In this document: piece by piece, positions 9,481 through 19,667 of the stretch
Position numbering within the stretch: position 1 is the first letter of the stretch
Layout: every line of letters begins with the position of its first letter
Origin: Promethearchaeota archaeon
GTDB taxonomy: Archaea; Asgardarchaeota; Heimdallarchaeia; Hodarchaeales; Hodarchaeaceae
Direction: 5' to 3'
NCBI GenBank assembly: GCA_048938105.1
Contig: JBHLMN010000001.1
Span: 96,001 to 160,000 of the forward strand
Length of the DNA stretch: 64,000 bases
The notes under the pieces: generated by a model
Told to the model about the DNA's origin: nothing
What the model saw: only the letters and a program-made list of their open reading frames with translations
The model's database searches: none
Made by a program: the position numbers and the translations under genes

Positions 9481-11259
9481 TCATAAATCATAGTAATATG
9501 CCTCAATTTCTCGCTGCGCACGGTCTAAACGACTTCCTAACTTGTTCAGTCGTGCACGACCTGTTTCAGGATCACGTCGGAATGTAATGTTAATTCTTTC
9601 CAAAAAATGGTTCAAACCCTCTCTCTTTGAGAAAGGGCCAACAGTGTTTCCAGAATATCCAGGTTCTCCTTCAAACAACAAAATTCTATCAGATAGTGCT
9701 TCTGCAATTTGTATATCATGTTCTATAGCAATACACGCTGCTCTATTCTTAGAAACTATATGCCGAATGACTCGTGTTGCATTCAATCGTTCTTCAACAT
9801 CTAAGAATGCGCTTCCTTCATCAATAATGTATAAATCAGCTTTTTTGCCCAAACAGCCTGCTAGAAAGGTTCGTTGTAGTTCTCCTCCACTTAATGCTCC
9901 TATAGGTTTTTCTAAAAGGTGTGAAATCGAAAAAGGTTTGAGAATATAGAGTTTATATTCATTAGATTCAATAAATGTATTCGAATAACGAGTGAGAAAG
10001 TCACGTACTGTCCCCCTAAATTTTTTATGCAGGAATTGGGGTTTATAGGAAACTTTCGCTGTTTTTAAGGTATTAAATAAATACTGAGCAAATGTAGTTT
10101 TTCCTAATCCATTCTCTCCTAAGACACAAAGAATTCCCCCAAAATGGATAATTCCTTTGGTGGCCGTTAAAGTAAATGAACCCAACTGCTTTGTAAAAGA
10201 TGGATATTCAATACCTGGAACACCATCCCATTGACGCTCTTTAACCACTCGGGTGAAAATAATTTCCTTCCCACGAATCCGAATGTTCTCATCTTTCAAT
10301 TTTCCAATTAAAAAATTATTAATGCCTTTCTTAACTGAATATGACAAGCGAGACATGACACCAAATTTATGTGGTTCGCCATAGAAAATATATATCAAAT
10401 CGCTTTGAAAATCATGGATAGCAATGTCATGTTCAGCAATAAAAACAACTTTTCCTGCTTCAGCTAGTGTATGGAATATCTTAGCCATCTTTATTCGTTG
10501 GCGGAAATCTAGAAAAGTACAGGGTTCATCTATCAGGTAAATGTCAGCATTTTTCAGTAGTGCAATCCCTATCGCTAATCGTTGCAATTCACCTCCCGAC
10601 AATTCTGAAGGAATACGATCTGAAATAGAGTCTAATTCCATTGATTTGATTACTTCCTCTCTCGAAAATAACCCCTCTTGATAACTGGAAGAAATGACCT
10701 CTTGAATTGTATCTGATCTTGTGAGGAGTTCAGTAAACACTTGGGGTTTATATGCAACCGATACGGAAGTTAAATCAGTTAAGAATTGCCGAAAACTGGC
10801 AATGGATAATTGGTCCATAAATTCACGGAAACCATCTTTGGGATTACGAAAATTACCACCATTCAGTTGTTTTCGGCCTGCCAAAATTTCTAATAATGTC
10901 GATTTACCAATACCATTTACACCTAGCAAACCAACAACTTTTCCAGGACTAATTTGGGGCACACCAAAAAAGCGAAAGCCATTTTCACCATAACAATGAA
11001 CTTGAAGACCAGCAGTTTCAGGGCTAGGAAGATTAACAACACTAATCGCGCCTGGAAAGCATTTATTGATACATATACCACAGGTTCCTTTTTTAGCCAT
11101 TAGACATCTTTTATTATTGATGATAGGTTTACCTGTTTGTTTTCGAATGGTAATGACTTTTTTATCTCCCTTTTTTATAAGAGGACAATAATTAAGACAT
11201 GCATATCCACAGAGATCGGGTTTGCATTTGTCGTAATTAAGGTTGATAATTCGGATAAT
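9481..11259 (-). CDS. rli: ABCE1/Rli ribosome recycling ATPase with N-terminal 2x[4Fe-4S] domain
   Basis: Two NBDs (GVNGIGKST, LSGGELQR, EHD; GENGLGKTT) and C-terminal ITFRRDPETGRARLNK. The frame stays open upstream of ATG 11100 and encodes RIINLNYDKCKPDLCGYACLNYCP, the first Fe-S cluster, so the start is probably ATT 11259 or ATC 11256. Confidence 0.9.
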   Translation of the reverse strand: MIRIINLNYDKCKPDLCGYACLNYCPLIKKGDKKVITIRKQTGKPIINNKRCLMAKKGTCGICINKCFPGAISVVNLPSPETAGLQVHCYGENGFRFFGVPQISPGKVVGLLGVNGIGKSTLLEILAGRKQLNGGNFRNPKDGFREFMDQLSIASFRQFLTDLTSVSVAYKPQVFTELLTRSDTIQEVISSSYQEGLFSREEVIKSMELDSISDRIPSELSGGELQRLAIGIALLKNADIYLIDEPCTFLDFRQRIKMAKIFHTLAEAGKVVFIAEHDIAIHDFQSDLIYIFYGEPHKFGVMSRLSYSVKKGINNFLIGKLKDENIRIRGKEIIFTRVVKERQWDGVPGIEYPSFTKQLGSFTLTATKGIIHFGGILCVLGENGLGKTTFAQYLFNTLKTAKVSYKPQFLHKKFRGTVRDFLTRYSNTFIESNEYKLYILKPFSISHLLEKPIGALSGGELQRTFLAGCLGKKADLYIIDEGSAFLDVEERLNATRVIRHIVSKNRAACIAIEHDIQIAEALSDRILLFEGEPGYSGNTVGPFSKREGLNHFLERINITFRRDPETGRARLNKLGSRLDRAQREIEAYYYDL

Positions 11260-11553
11260 AAACCACTCTACCTACATGAATCGATCTATTCATTAGTTTG
11301 TGTTTGTTTGCTGAATAACATTGTTGATTATCAGCAATTTCATGATTATTGAAAATATTATTTCATTGATTATCTGAAAAAATCCAAAGGAATAATTCAA
11401 CAACTTTAAATAATCTCGCTTTGTGGGAGGCATTACACTGTCTTACCCCCAATGGTTGGATAGTACCATTGAAAATGAACATATACACACATTCAAAGAC
11501 AGTCTACTGAAGAATACTAAACATTTCTAATGTAACCAATTACTATCAAAAAC

Positions 11554-12090
11554 ATGGAGAACGATGATCCATTGGAACCAATCGCTCACTTAGAATGGAC
11601 CTTGGGCATAAGTTTAATCTGTTTATCTATATGGAATACCTCAATTGATGCACTAGGACTTCTCTTATTAGCTATTGGATCAGTTTTTCCTGATATATTT
11701 GATTGGGTATTGTTTCGTGGGAAAAGATTCATTCATGGGCATCGTGAATTTTCCCATACCGTCTTTTTTGTGTTTATTCTCCTTATCATCAGTCAAATAA
11801 TCCCTATACTCATCTTCCTAACTTTCGGTTCAATTCTCCATATTCTGGAAGATATCCTTTCAGGAGGCAATCCAGTCTTTCTATTCTCCCCTATAACCCA
11901 CCGAGGGAATATATTGCTTATTAGTAAAGCTCAATCCATTAGAATTGGTGCTTGGTTTAGAAAAGTGATTAAAGGATCTTATATCGGCTCTGAAAATATT
12001 GGGGACGAGCTTTCATGGCTCTGGCTCCTAACAATACTGGGTTCTTGGATTTTGATGTTTGGAGTCTTAGTTTTCTTTGGCTCATTATGA
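11554..12090 (+). CDS. Membrane-bound metal-dependent hydrolase (YdjM/DUF457-like)
   Basis: H...PDIFD...HREFSHT...HILED motifs with TM segments. Confidence 0.75.
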   Translation: MENDDPLEPIAHLEWTLGISLICLSIWNTSIDALGLLLLAIGSVFPDIFDWVLFRGKRFIHGHREFSHTVFFVFILLIISQIIPILIFLTFGSILHILEDILSGGNPVFLFSPITHRGNILLISKAQSIRIGAWFRKVIKGSYIGSENIGDELSWLWLLTILGSWILMFGVLVFFGSL

Positions 12091-12099
12091 TAAAAGAAG

Positions 12100-12636
12100 T
12101 TGAATACAAAAATGGAAGCTTTAAAGCATACGGAGTGGACTCTTGGTGTTATATTTTTTTGGTTTGCCTTTTACAAAGCCCAACTTACCGCAAGTTGGAT
12201 TTTAATAGTACTTGTAAGCAGCCAGCTTCCAGATTTTCTCTCACTATTTTTACGTAACTTAAAACTCCAACCTAAACTGGTTCGTAAGATTACTCATGAT
12301 TATATCTACGTTATTCTACTATGGTTGATTTTTCCGTTTCATATTAATCCAGAAATCAGTTTATTGGCCACGGGGATTGCAATCCATTATGGAGTGGATC
12401 TATTTTCAGGATTAGAACCTATCTATATTGCAGGTTTTCTTTTCGGTGACCACACAGCAGCTCTTTATGTTACTGCAGCTCACAGAATATCTATTGGAAA
12501 ACGAATCGAGGGCTGGGGTTCAAACTACCTAATCACAGAAGTCGAAAAGCCAACTCCAGAATTGGCATGGTTTTGGGTTATGCAATTATCAGGAACCATT
12601 TTTTGCGGTTTAGGAATGATATTCTATTTGCTGTAA
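12100..12636 (+). CDS. Membrane-bound metal-dependent hydrolase paralog (YdjM/DUF457-like)
   Basis: HTEWTLG, LPD, RKITHD, HYGVD; colinear with the upstream gene. Confidence 0.7.
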   Translation: MNTKMEALKHTEWTLGVIFFWFAFYKAQLTASWILIVLVSSQLPDFLSLFLRNLKLQPKLVRKITHDYIYVILLWLIFPFHINPEISLLATGIAIHYGVDLFSGLEPIYIAGFLFGDHTAALYVTAAHRISIGKRIEGWGSNYLITEVEKPTPELAWFWVMQLSGTIFCGLGMIFYLL

Positions 12637-12967
12637 TCAAAATGATGATACCATAACATCTCTTTCAATCGAACTTATGACACGATATCCAGTTATTACC
12701 CAACAGGCAATTTTAATTGAATTAATAGTCACTGTTCAGAATTTAGAACGCGATTTTTTCAACTGTTCTAAAAAATGGCTTCATTAAAGATGTTACTAAC
12801 TGGTATCAACAGATGTAATTCCCCCTTTACTTGTACTGTAGGAAACTAGTAATGAACATCTTCCAAGATATTAAGTTTAATATATGTCTTACTGATATAG
12901 GATGTTGTCTATCCAATCTCCACCTTAAGGAATTTTCGTCAATCTTTCAACCCAATATCGCGGGATT

Positions 12968-15898
12968 ATGAGCCTCATGTCAATCAAATTACTGTTCACA
13001 AAAATCACTAATCATATTTTTCTCACCTATGAGCTCATCATAGGAAATAGAAGACTAATCATACCAACAATGATTGGACTTATAATCGCCTTAACTGTCA
13101 TTTCACAAAGCGGAGTCCTTATTGAGTCCTATCGTCAAGAAATTTTTGAAGAACTCGTCATTGAAGAACTTGAAAACAATTATTATAAATATGGAGAGAG
13201 TGACATTAATATTGATATGTGGCGATGGGAGTACAGTCAATCAGGGGAATCTCACAATATTACTGAGTTTAAATATTATAATACACTCATCAACCAATCA
13301 ATAGATCAGGTGAATTATTCTAATTATATTTCAGACCAGTTTTGGTCCAGTCGGCTTGATACTTTTATTTGGTTAAACAATACAGAGGAGTATCTTGACA
13401 AAGGAATACACACAGAGCAAATACCTCTATACGTTAGTTCTAGCCCCGATTTTTATTCAGCACTCGAAAATATTCTGAGTTTGACAGGTAATGGTCGACT
13501 CCCTAATAATTCCTCTGAAATTGTTTTAATCCGCCCAAAACGAGATCCTAAAGACGAATACTACGAAATGGAATATAAAAGATATGAAAATGTTACATTA
13601 GGAGCAAAGGTAAATATTACCTTAAATCCAGATTATCGTGAGGGAGGCCTAAACAAGACTGTAAAAATAGTTGGTTTAATGGAACATTCACTAAATTATG
13701 ATGATTATACTGATAATGGCACTTCATTGCTCAGAGAATATTTCATGTGGCTATGGGGCTATTTTTTTATTACTCAACCTAATTTTTTAGACCAAACCTT
13801 CAAAGATCTTTCCAATCCCTTTGCGGATCCTAATATGGATACTAGGGGGAAAATTTATCTCGATAAAACGCGTTTTGACGCATATAATATTAATATTGAA
13901 ATTAATAAACTACAAGACTTTATTCGGGCATTAGAATGGCAATTCCAATCTTATTCTCCGTGGCTTTATTCAAGACTTCTAGAGAAAATGAGGGCCTATG
14001 AAACCAGTATATTTTCATTACTCATTACAATGATGTTGTTAAGCTCTCCTGTTCTCTGTATCGCTCTATATTTAGTAGTTTATTCATTTGGTCTCATCAG
14101 AAAACAAAAACAAGAACAGATTGGTATTATAAAAACACGGGGAGGATCGTGGTTACAGACATTGATAATTTTGCTTGGTGAAATGATTATTTCGACGATT
14201 CTGGCTGTTTTTATTGGATTTTTACTTAGTACATTCTTGGCAGATATTGTATTACGTTCAACAAATTATTTAGAATTCCTAGGAGTACAAACCCCAGTCC
14301 AAATAACCATTGGAATGATTCAAGCACTATTTTTATGGGGAATATTCTTTGCTCTCATCCTTAATCTTCGGAATATTATTCGAATGAGTCGTCAAGATAT
14401 TTCAGAAACTTTAGAACCAACTGAAACCCAAAATCCAGTTTGGAAACGATATTATCTCGACATAATAATTTTTGTTATTGGTACCGCTGCTTGGGTTATT
14501 CTTATGACTCTGATTCGGTCGGGGGGTGAAATAGTAACACCAGAATTCTACATAATATATATTTTAATCTCATTGCTAGGAATTCCAGCCCCATTCCTCA
14601 TGTTTTTCGGTACAATCATGGTAATCGCACGGTTTTTCCCTTATATTATGAAAAAGATCGCGGAAATTCTCTGGCGATTAGAAGGTGGAATCAATGCTTT
14701 TTCCATTCGAAATATTGTTAGACATAAACAGGCTGCAAACCGTGCGGTACTTCTCATTACTCTTGCGCTATCATTTTCGATTCTTTCCTCTTCACTAATC
14801 TTCTCAGTCGATGAGACAGAACGTCTGAAAAGCTATTACGACGTAGGCGCCGATTTATCTATCTCTATGGGAGTTTCGTTAAATACTACAGTGTTAAAAA
14901 ACCTTGAACAGAACGTTTCCCATCTGAAAAGCATTTCAGGCGTGTACTCGACCTATCATTACTCATCTGGTGATTACAGTCCAACGCGATCTTATCAATT
15001 TATGTTTGTAGATCCCTCCACATATGCAAATACTGCTTTTGAAAATCCAAGCTTCAAGTTGAGCAGCTCATTGCCTAGTCTTATGGAACAACTTGAAGAT
15101 AATAATACAGTGATTCTCTACAAAGGAAATCTGGAAGCTGATCTTTCAAAACCAAAGATTGGGGATAATATTGAGCTGCAGTTTAGTAATGATACTCATT
15201 CTGAACAGCTCTCATTCCGTGTCGGAGGGACGTTCAAGTACTGGCCCACTATGTTCCCATACGAGTGGGAGGACCCTGCATATAATTTTTGGGGCATTGG
15301 TAGTTTAGGAATGTTTGAGAAATTAAACCGATTGAATTATTTTAGTTCAATTGAAGCCACTTATCAAGCAAAGATTGACTCACTCAATAACATTGAAAAG
15401 ACTGTAGAAAGAATATACAATGTTACAGGTATCACTCCCAGTTCTCCCGCTCTCTCTTACAAGGAATATAAAACAAGCTTTGAACGACGTTTTACGCTTT
15501 CGATACTTAATTCCGATTTAGTTGTCTGTTTTGCAGTAGCAGTGATTGGTGTAATCATGTTTGCATTCTTTACTTACGTTGAGCGTGGTAAAGAGATTGG
15601 AGTAGAACGAGCTCTGGGGATGACTCAGTTTCAAACAGCGCAATCGTTTTTAGTAGAAGCTGCCACGATCCTATCTTTTGGTTGTATTATAGGATACATT
15701 ACTGGAGTATACTTTGTTACGATGTTTTTGCAAATAATACAACTTGGAGAATCAATCCCGCCATTAGCAGTCACTTATCCTACAGCGTTTTTAATCCAGA
15801 TATTACTGGGAATCATTATTAGTGCTGGGATTGGAACCATCATCCCAGCATATATTGCCACGCGAAAAGATATCAGCCGGATATTAAAGGTGGAATGA
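12968..15898 (+). CDS. FtsX/MacB-family ABC transporter permease (two FtsX domains)
   Basis: QIGIIKTRGGS and ERGKEIGVERALGM motifs; large extracellular loops. Confidence 0.9.
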   Translation: MSLMSIKLLFTKITNHIFLTYELIIGNRRLIIPTMIGLIIALTVISQSGVLIESYRQEIFEELVIEELENNYYKYGESDINIDMWRWEYSQSGESHNITEFKYYNTLINQSIDQVNYSNYISDQFWSSRLDTFIWLNNTEEYLDKGIHTEQIPLYVSSSPDFYSALENILSLTGNGRLPNNSSEIVLIRPKRDPKDEYYEMEYKRYENVTLGAKVNITLNPDYREGGLNKTVKIVGLMEHSLNYDDYTDNGTSLLREYFMWLWGYFFITQPNFLDQTFKDLSNPFADPNMDTRGKIYLDKTRFDAYNINIEINKLQDFIRALEWQFQSYSPWLYSRLLEKMRAYETSIFSLLITMMLLSSPVLCIALYLVVYSFGLIRKQKQEQIGIIKTRGGSWLQTLIILLGEMIISTILAVFIGFLLSTFLADIVLRSTNYLEFLGVQTPVQITIGMIQALFLWGIFFALILNLRNIIRMSRQDISETLEPTETQNPVWKRYYLDIIIFVIGTAAWVILMTLIRSGGEIVTPEFYIIYILISLLGIPAPFLMFFGTIMVIARFFPYIMKKIAEILWRLEGGINAFSIRNIVRHKQAANRAVLLITLALSFSILSSSLIFSVDETERLKSYYDVGADLSISMGVSLNTTVLKNLEQNVSHLKSISGVYSTYHYSSGDYSPTRSYQFMFVDPSTYANTAFENPSFKLSSSLPSLMEQLEDNNTVILYKGNLEADLSKPKIGDNIELQFSNDTHSEQLSFRVGGTFKYWPTMFPYEWEDPAYNFWGIGSLGMFEKLNRLNYFSSIEATYQAKIDSLNNIEKTVERIYNVTGITPSSPALSYKEYKTSFERRFTLSILNSDLVVCFAVAVIGVIMFAFFTYVERGKEIGVERALGMTQFQTAQSFLVEAATILSFGCIIGYITGVYFVTMFLQIIQLGESIPPLAVTYPTAFLIQILLGIIISAGIGTIIPAYIATRKDISRILKVE

Positions 15899-15902
15899 TT
15901 AC

Positions 15903-16778
15903 ATGGCTTTCCTTGAATGTCAAGATCTGATAAAATTATATGTCGACGAACAGAGTAAAATTCAAGTCCCTGCTTTACGGGGGATTGAACTCTCTGCCAA
16001 TGAAGGAGATTTGATCGCAATCATTGGTCCTAGTGGATCCGGAAAAAGTACATTAGTAAACTTAATTGGTGGAATCGATCGCCCATCTTCGGGAGACATT
16101 ATCTTAGGAGACAGTATCATAACTAAGATGACCACTCGACAATTGACAAAGTATAGACGCCATCGAGTGGGTTTCTTATATCAGCTCCCTGAACGCAATC
16201 TAATTTGGAACTTATCTGCTTTGAAAAACGTAATGTTGCCAATGAAGCTCGCAGGATTACTAACTTATGGAGAACAGAAGAAACGAGCGCATTTATTATT
16301 AAAAGATGTAGGTTTAGAAGGGCGTACAAACCATAAACCATCTCAGCTATCTGGAGGGGAAGCCCAGCGCGCTGGGATTGCTGTGGCTCTAGCGAATGAT
16401 CCAGATATTGTGTTAGCAGACGAACCAACAGGGGAACTTGACAGTGTAACGACATTTAAAATCATTGATTATTTTAAATCACTCAACGAAAATCTTGGAA
16501 AAACCTTTATTGTCGTCACACATGATAATAGATTTGCTAACATGACAGATAAAGCATTACGAATCTTAGATGGTAGAATAGTAGGCTTACATCGTGCAAT
16601 AGACCCCACAAAATCACTCGCGACTCGCGAAGAAGTGATATTCGTTGATGATCATGGTAACCTACGACTCCCAGATGTAATCCGCCGCCAAGCAGGAATC
16701 AAAAACCACATTCAAATAGAAATGCGAGATGGATTTGCTACTCTCATTCCCGTTCGAGGTGACCTTAGAAGTGAGTAA
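15903..16778 (+). CDS. LolD/MacB-type ABC ATPase with C-terminal AbrB-like domain
   Basis: [31 protein letters not shown]; tail VDDHGNLRLPDVIRRQAGI. Confidence 0.9.
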   Translation: MAFLECQDLIKLYVDEQSKIQVPALRGIELSANEGDLIAIIGPSGSGKSTLVNLIGGIDRPSSGDIILGDSIITKMTTRQLTKYRRHRVGFLYQLPERNLIWNLSALKNVMLPMKLAGLLTYGEQKKRAHLLLKDVGLEGRTNHKPSQLSGGEAQRAGIAVALANDPDIVLADEPTGELDSVTTFKIIDYFKSLNENLGKTFIVVTHDNRFANMTDKALRILDGRIVGLHRAIDPTKSLATREEVIFVDDHGNLRLPDVIRRQAGIKNHIQIEMRDGFATLIPVRGDLRSE

Positions 16779-17469
16779 AGAGAACTTATCGATTATTGAA
16801 CTAGAGAACGTAAATCAAAGGTATACTCTTGGAAGTCACACCATTGATGCTCTTAATAACATAAACTTATCTATATTCGAAGAAGAATTCATCATGATAA
16901 TGGGGCCTTCTGGGAGTGGTAAATCTACGCTTATAAATGTGATGGCTGGCCTCGAACAACCCTCTGCGGGTACTGTTCGTATTCATGATGAAGATCTGTC
17001 AACTCTTAGTGATCGTGAACTGTGTAATCTGCGACGTCATAAGTTAGGCTTCGTTTTTCAATTTTTCAATCTCCATCCTGTCCTAAATGCGATCGAAAAT
17101 GTAGAACTGCCTATGCTAATCAGTGGAGTCAAACGAAATCAACGTGAACCACGTGCTTTAGAACTATTAAGACTAGTAAATCTTGAAAATCGAAAGCATC
17201 ATCTCCCACATGAACTTTCAGGTGGAGAAAAACAAAGGGTTGGTATCGCACGGTCTCTAGCTAATGACCCCGAAGTGATTCTGGCTGATGAACCCACAGG
17301 AGATCTAGATTCGGCGATAGGGAATGAAATTATGACTTTACTAAGGGATCTCAACCAAACTCATAGAAAAACAATCGTCTGTGTTACCCATGACGAGGAG
17401 ATGCTAAAACCAGGTATGCGCCTAATAAAAATGGAGGATGGGCGTATTATTTCTGATTCTCACTTGTGA
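16771..17469 (+). CDS. LolD/MacB-type ABC ATPase
   Basis: [27 protein letters not shown]. Start re-called to GTG 16771, downstream of GAGGTG. Confidence 0.9.
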   Translation: MSKENLSIIELENVNQRYTLGSHTIDALNNINLSIFEEEFIMIMGPSGSGKSTLINVMAGLEQPSAGTVRIHDEDLSTLSDRELCNLRRHKLGFVFQFFNLHPVLNAIENVELPMLISGVKRNQREPRALELLRLVNLENRKHHLPHELSGGEKQRVGIARSLANDPEVILADEPTGDLDSAIGNEIMTLLRDLNQTHRKTIVCVTHDEEMLKPGMRLIKMEDGRIISDSHL

Positions 17470-17654
17470 GAACCTCCCCCAACAACCCTAAACACTTCCT
17501 TGATTCCTACTATTGATGAAATTATATTGCTTATCAATTTACTCTTGAAGTTCTCATTCCGATAATGATTTCAAGAAATCCATAAGCATATTGTTATAAA
17601 GAGTATCCTCACGAAATTATCCAAATAGTCGCGATTCAATGGTGATAAAAACTC

Positions 17655-19622
17655 TTGTATGTTTCTAAAATTATATCCCTGACTCTACTATTAATAATCA
17701 TCGGAACAGGATGGTCAATGGCAATTAGATCACTAGCCATTAGTGAAAATAGCACTAGTCTCCAAGAAATCAAAATTAACAGTGAGAAATCGCCTCAAAA
17801 TTACTTTAAAATTAACCAACGAACTCCTATTAAATCAAGAATGCAGAATTATATTGAGACGTCTGATAAATCCACTCTAAAACCAAAAAAACAAGTTACT
17901 CAAACTGTGGGAGATACGAGACTTTTTTGGGTTCTAAACTTAAAGAGGTCGTGGGAACTAAATGAGTGGATATATGAAGAAATAAATGCCACTTTAATAT
18001 TAGAAGGAGCCCACTCCCAAATTTATACAGACCTTACTGTTGATTCAATCCTTAGTAACGTTATCCAAGCAATAAACACTTCATTTGAAACCATTATTTA
18101 TCCAACAATTACAGGAGTCTATGGTTTACCTCCTGATATCGATAGTAATGGGAAAATTATCATTTTACTTTTTGATATTATTGATGGTCAAGGTTCTTCT
18201 TCTTACGTTGCAGGGTTTTTTGATTCAAATCACGAAACCCAGAATTTCAAGTACAGTGAAAAAGCTGAGATCCTCCATATTGATGCTAATGAAGGCTTAC
18301 CACACCTCAAGGCTGGTGAATTTGAAACAATAGCTCATGAATTTCAGCATATGATTCACTATTACCATGATTATGAGGAGAACATTTGGTTAGATGAAGC
18401 AGCCTCTATGCTTGCTGAGTATCTTATTGGAGAAAATCCTTTTGATGGGACCGATCCCTATCAACCTGCTTTTGAATCACATCCTGATGTTTCTTTGACT
18501 TATTGGGATTATTATGGAACCCCAGGATTAGTCTTTGCCAACTATGGCGCTTCTTTTGCATTTTTCCTTTATCTTCTTGAAAAATATAATGGTACTAATA
18601 GTATCCAGAACATTGTTAGGCGTTCGGGTGATCAGGGGCATGGCATCCTCAGTATAGAACAAGCTCTCCATAGTGAGGGATATCAGGTAGAATTCAAGGA
18701 TGTCTTTCGAAATTGGACAATCGCTAACTATCTAGACGATCTAGAGATTGATAAGGCGTTTTATTATGAAAATATTGATCTCTCAATGGATCACGATCAC
18801 AGCGTTTATTATTCCTCTTCTGTCCCACGAAGTGAGAATTCTGTGCCTTATTGGGGTACAGATTACTTAAAATTTGCTGATCGTACCAATGTACCTTTTA
18901 TTTTAGAATTCCAAGGGAAATTTTCATCAGATTTTATGGTCACAGCTATTTTCTCAAACACCAGCACCATTCCTTCCAATACTGAAGTTATACCGATTGA
19001 AATCTCTGCTGATCAATTTGGTAATTTTTCAACAGAGGCTTATGGTATTTCCGCAGATGAAATCGTTTTGATAATCAGCTCTTATACGCCAATTGGACAA
19101 TTTGATCATGATGATGAATATCCAGCACCTGCACAAGATTATTGGTTTATGATAAATCCGCAGGGGCTAGTCATCAACCCAGGTGACATTTCTTTTTCTA
19201 GTAAAAAGCCAGTTCTTTTTATTCAGAATATTGAGGTTTATGACCAGAGTGGGATTTACTGGAAAGAGGCTGATGGAGCTACTTATACTATTTTAACTGA
19301 TTCTGGAGATTCTACTGGAATTAGTGGGAACTTAACCTTCAATTCAGAGGCCAATTTTTGGGAATCAAATGCGATTGACATATCACCTCTTTTAATAAGG
19401 AATAATACCTATCGTATAAAATATCATTTTTTCAACTCCACTTGTAGTGGAATTGCTTTTTCTGAGACATTTGAAATTAATCAAACTTATACGACTCAAT
19501 CGTCTAATAGCACTGCAACTGAGGACACTTCACGAACTCCAGGATTCATGTTGGTTATTTCGGTCATGACAATCGTGATTCTCATTAGTAATCGGAAGAG
19601 AAAAAGAGAGAAGATGAAGTAA
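17655..19622 (+). CDS. Secreted, surface-anchored zinc metallopeptidase (M30/immune inhibitor A-like)
   Basis: Signal-peptide-like N-terminus; AHEFQHMIH...WLDEAAS zinc motif; Ser/Thr linker, then TPGF, TM and basic tail. Confidence 0.8.
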   Translation: MYVSKIISLTLLLIIIGTGWSMAIRSLAISENSTSLQEIKINSEKSPQNYFKINQRTPIKSRMQNYIETSDKSTLKPKKQVTQTVGDTRLFWVLNLKRSWELNEWIYEEINATLILEGAHSQIYTDLTVDSILSNVIQAINTSFETIIYPTITGVYGLPPDIDSNGKIIILLFDIIDGQGSSSYVAGFFDSNHETQNFKYSEKAEILHIDANEGLPHLKAGEFETIAHEFQHMIHYYHDYEENIWLDEAASMLAEYLIGENPFDGTDPYQPAFESHPDVSLTYWDYYGTPGLVFANYGASFAFFLYLLEKYNGTNSIQNIVRRSGDQGHGILSIEQALHSEGYQVEFKDVFRNWTIANYLDDLEIDKAFYYENIDLSMDHDHSVYYSSSVPRSENSVPYWGTDYLKFADRTNVPFILEFQGKFSSDFMVTAIFSNTSTIPSNTEVIPIEISADQFGNFSTEAYGISADEIVLIISSYTPIGQFDHDDEYPAPAQDYWFMINPQGLVINPGDISFSSKKPVLFIQNIEVYDQSGIYWKEADGATYTILTDSGDSTGISGNLTFNSEANFWESNAIDISPLLIRNNTYRIKYHFFNSTCSGIAFSETFEINQTYTTQSSNSTATEDTSRTPGFMLVISVMTIVILISNRKRKREKMK

Positions 19623-19667
19623 AAATACATCCTCATCTTTTTTTTACTTGATTCGGTACATTCATAC

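Noticed and set aside
11272-11277. Pyrrolysine readthrough of the ATG-TAG upstream of rli
   Set aside because: No pyl genes in the window, and the added residues are not part of the conserved ABCE1 N-terminus.
11137-11352. 71-aa plus-strand ORF
   Set aside because: Antisense shadow of the true ABCE1 N-terminal Fe-S domain.
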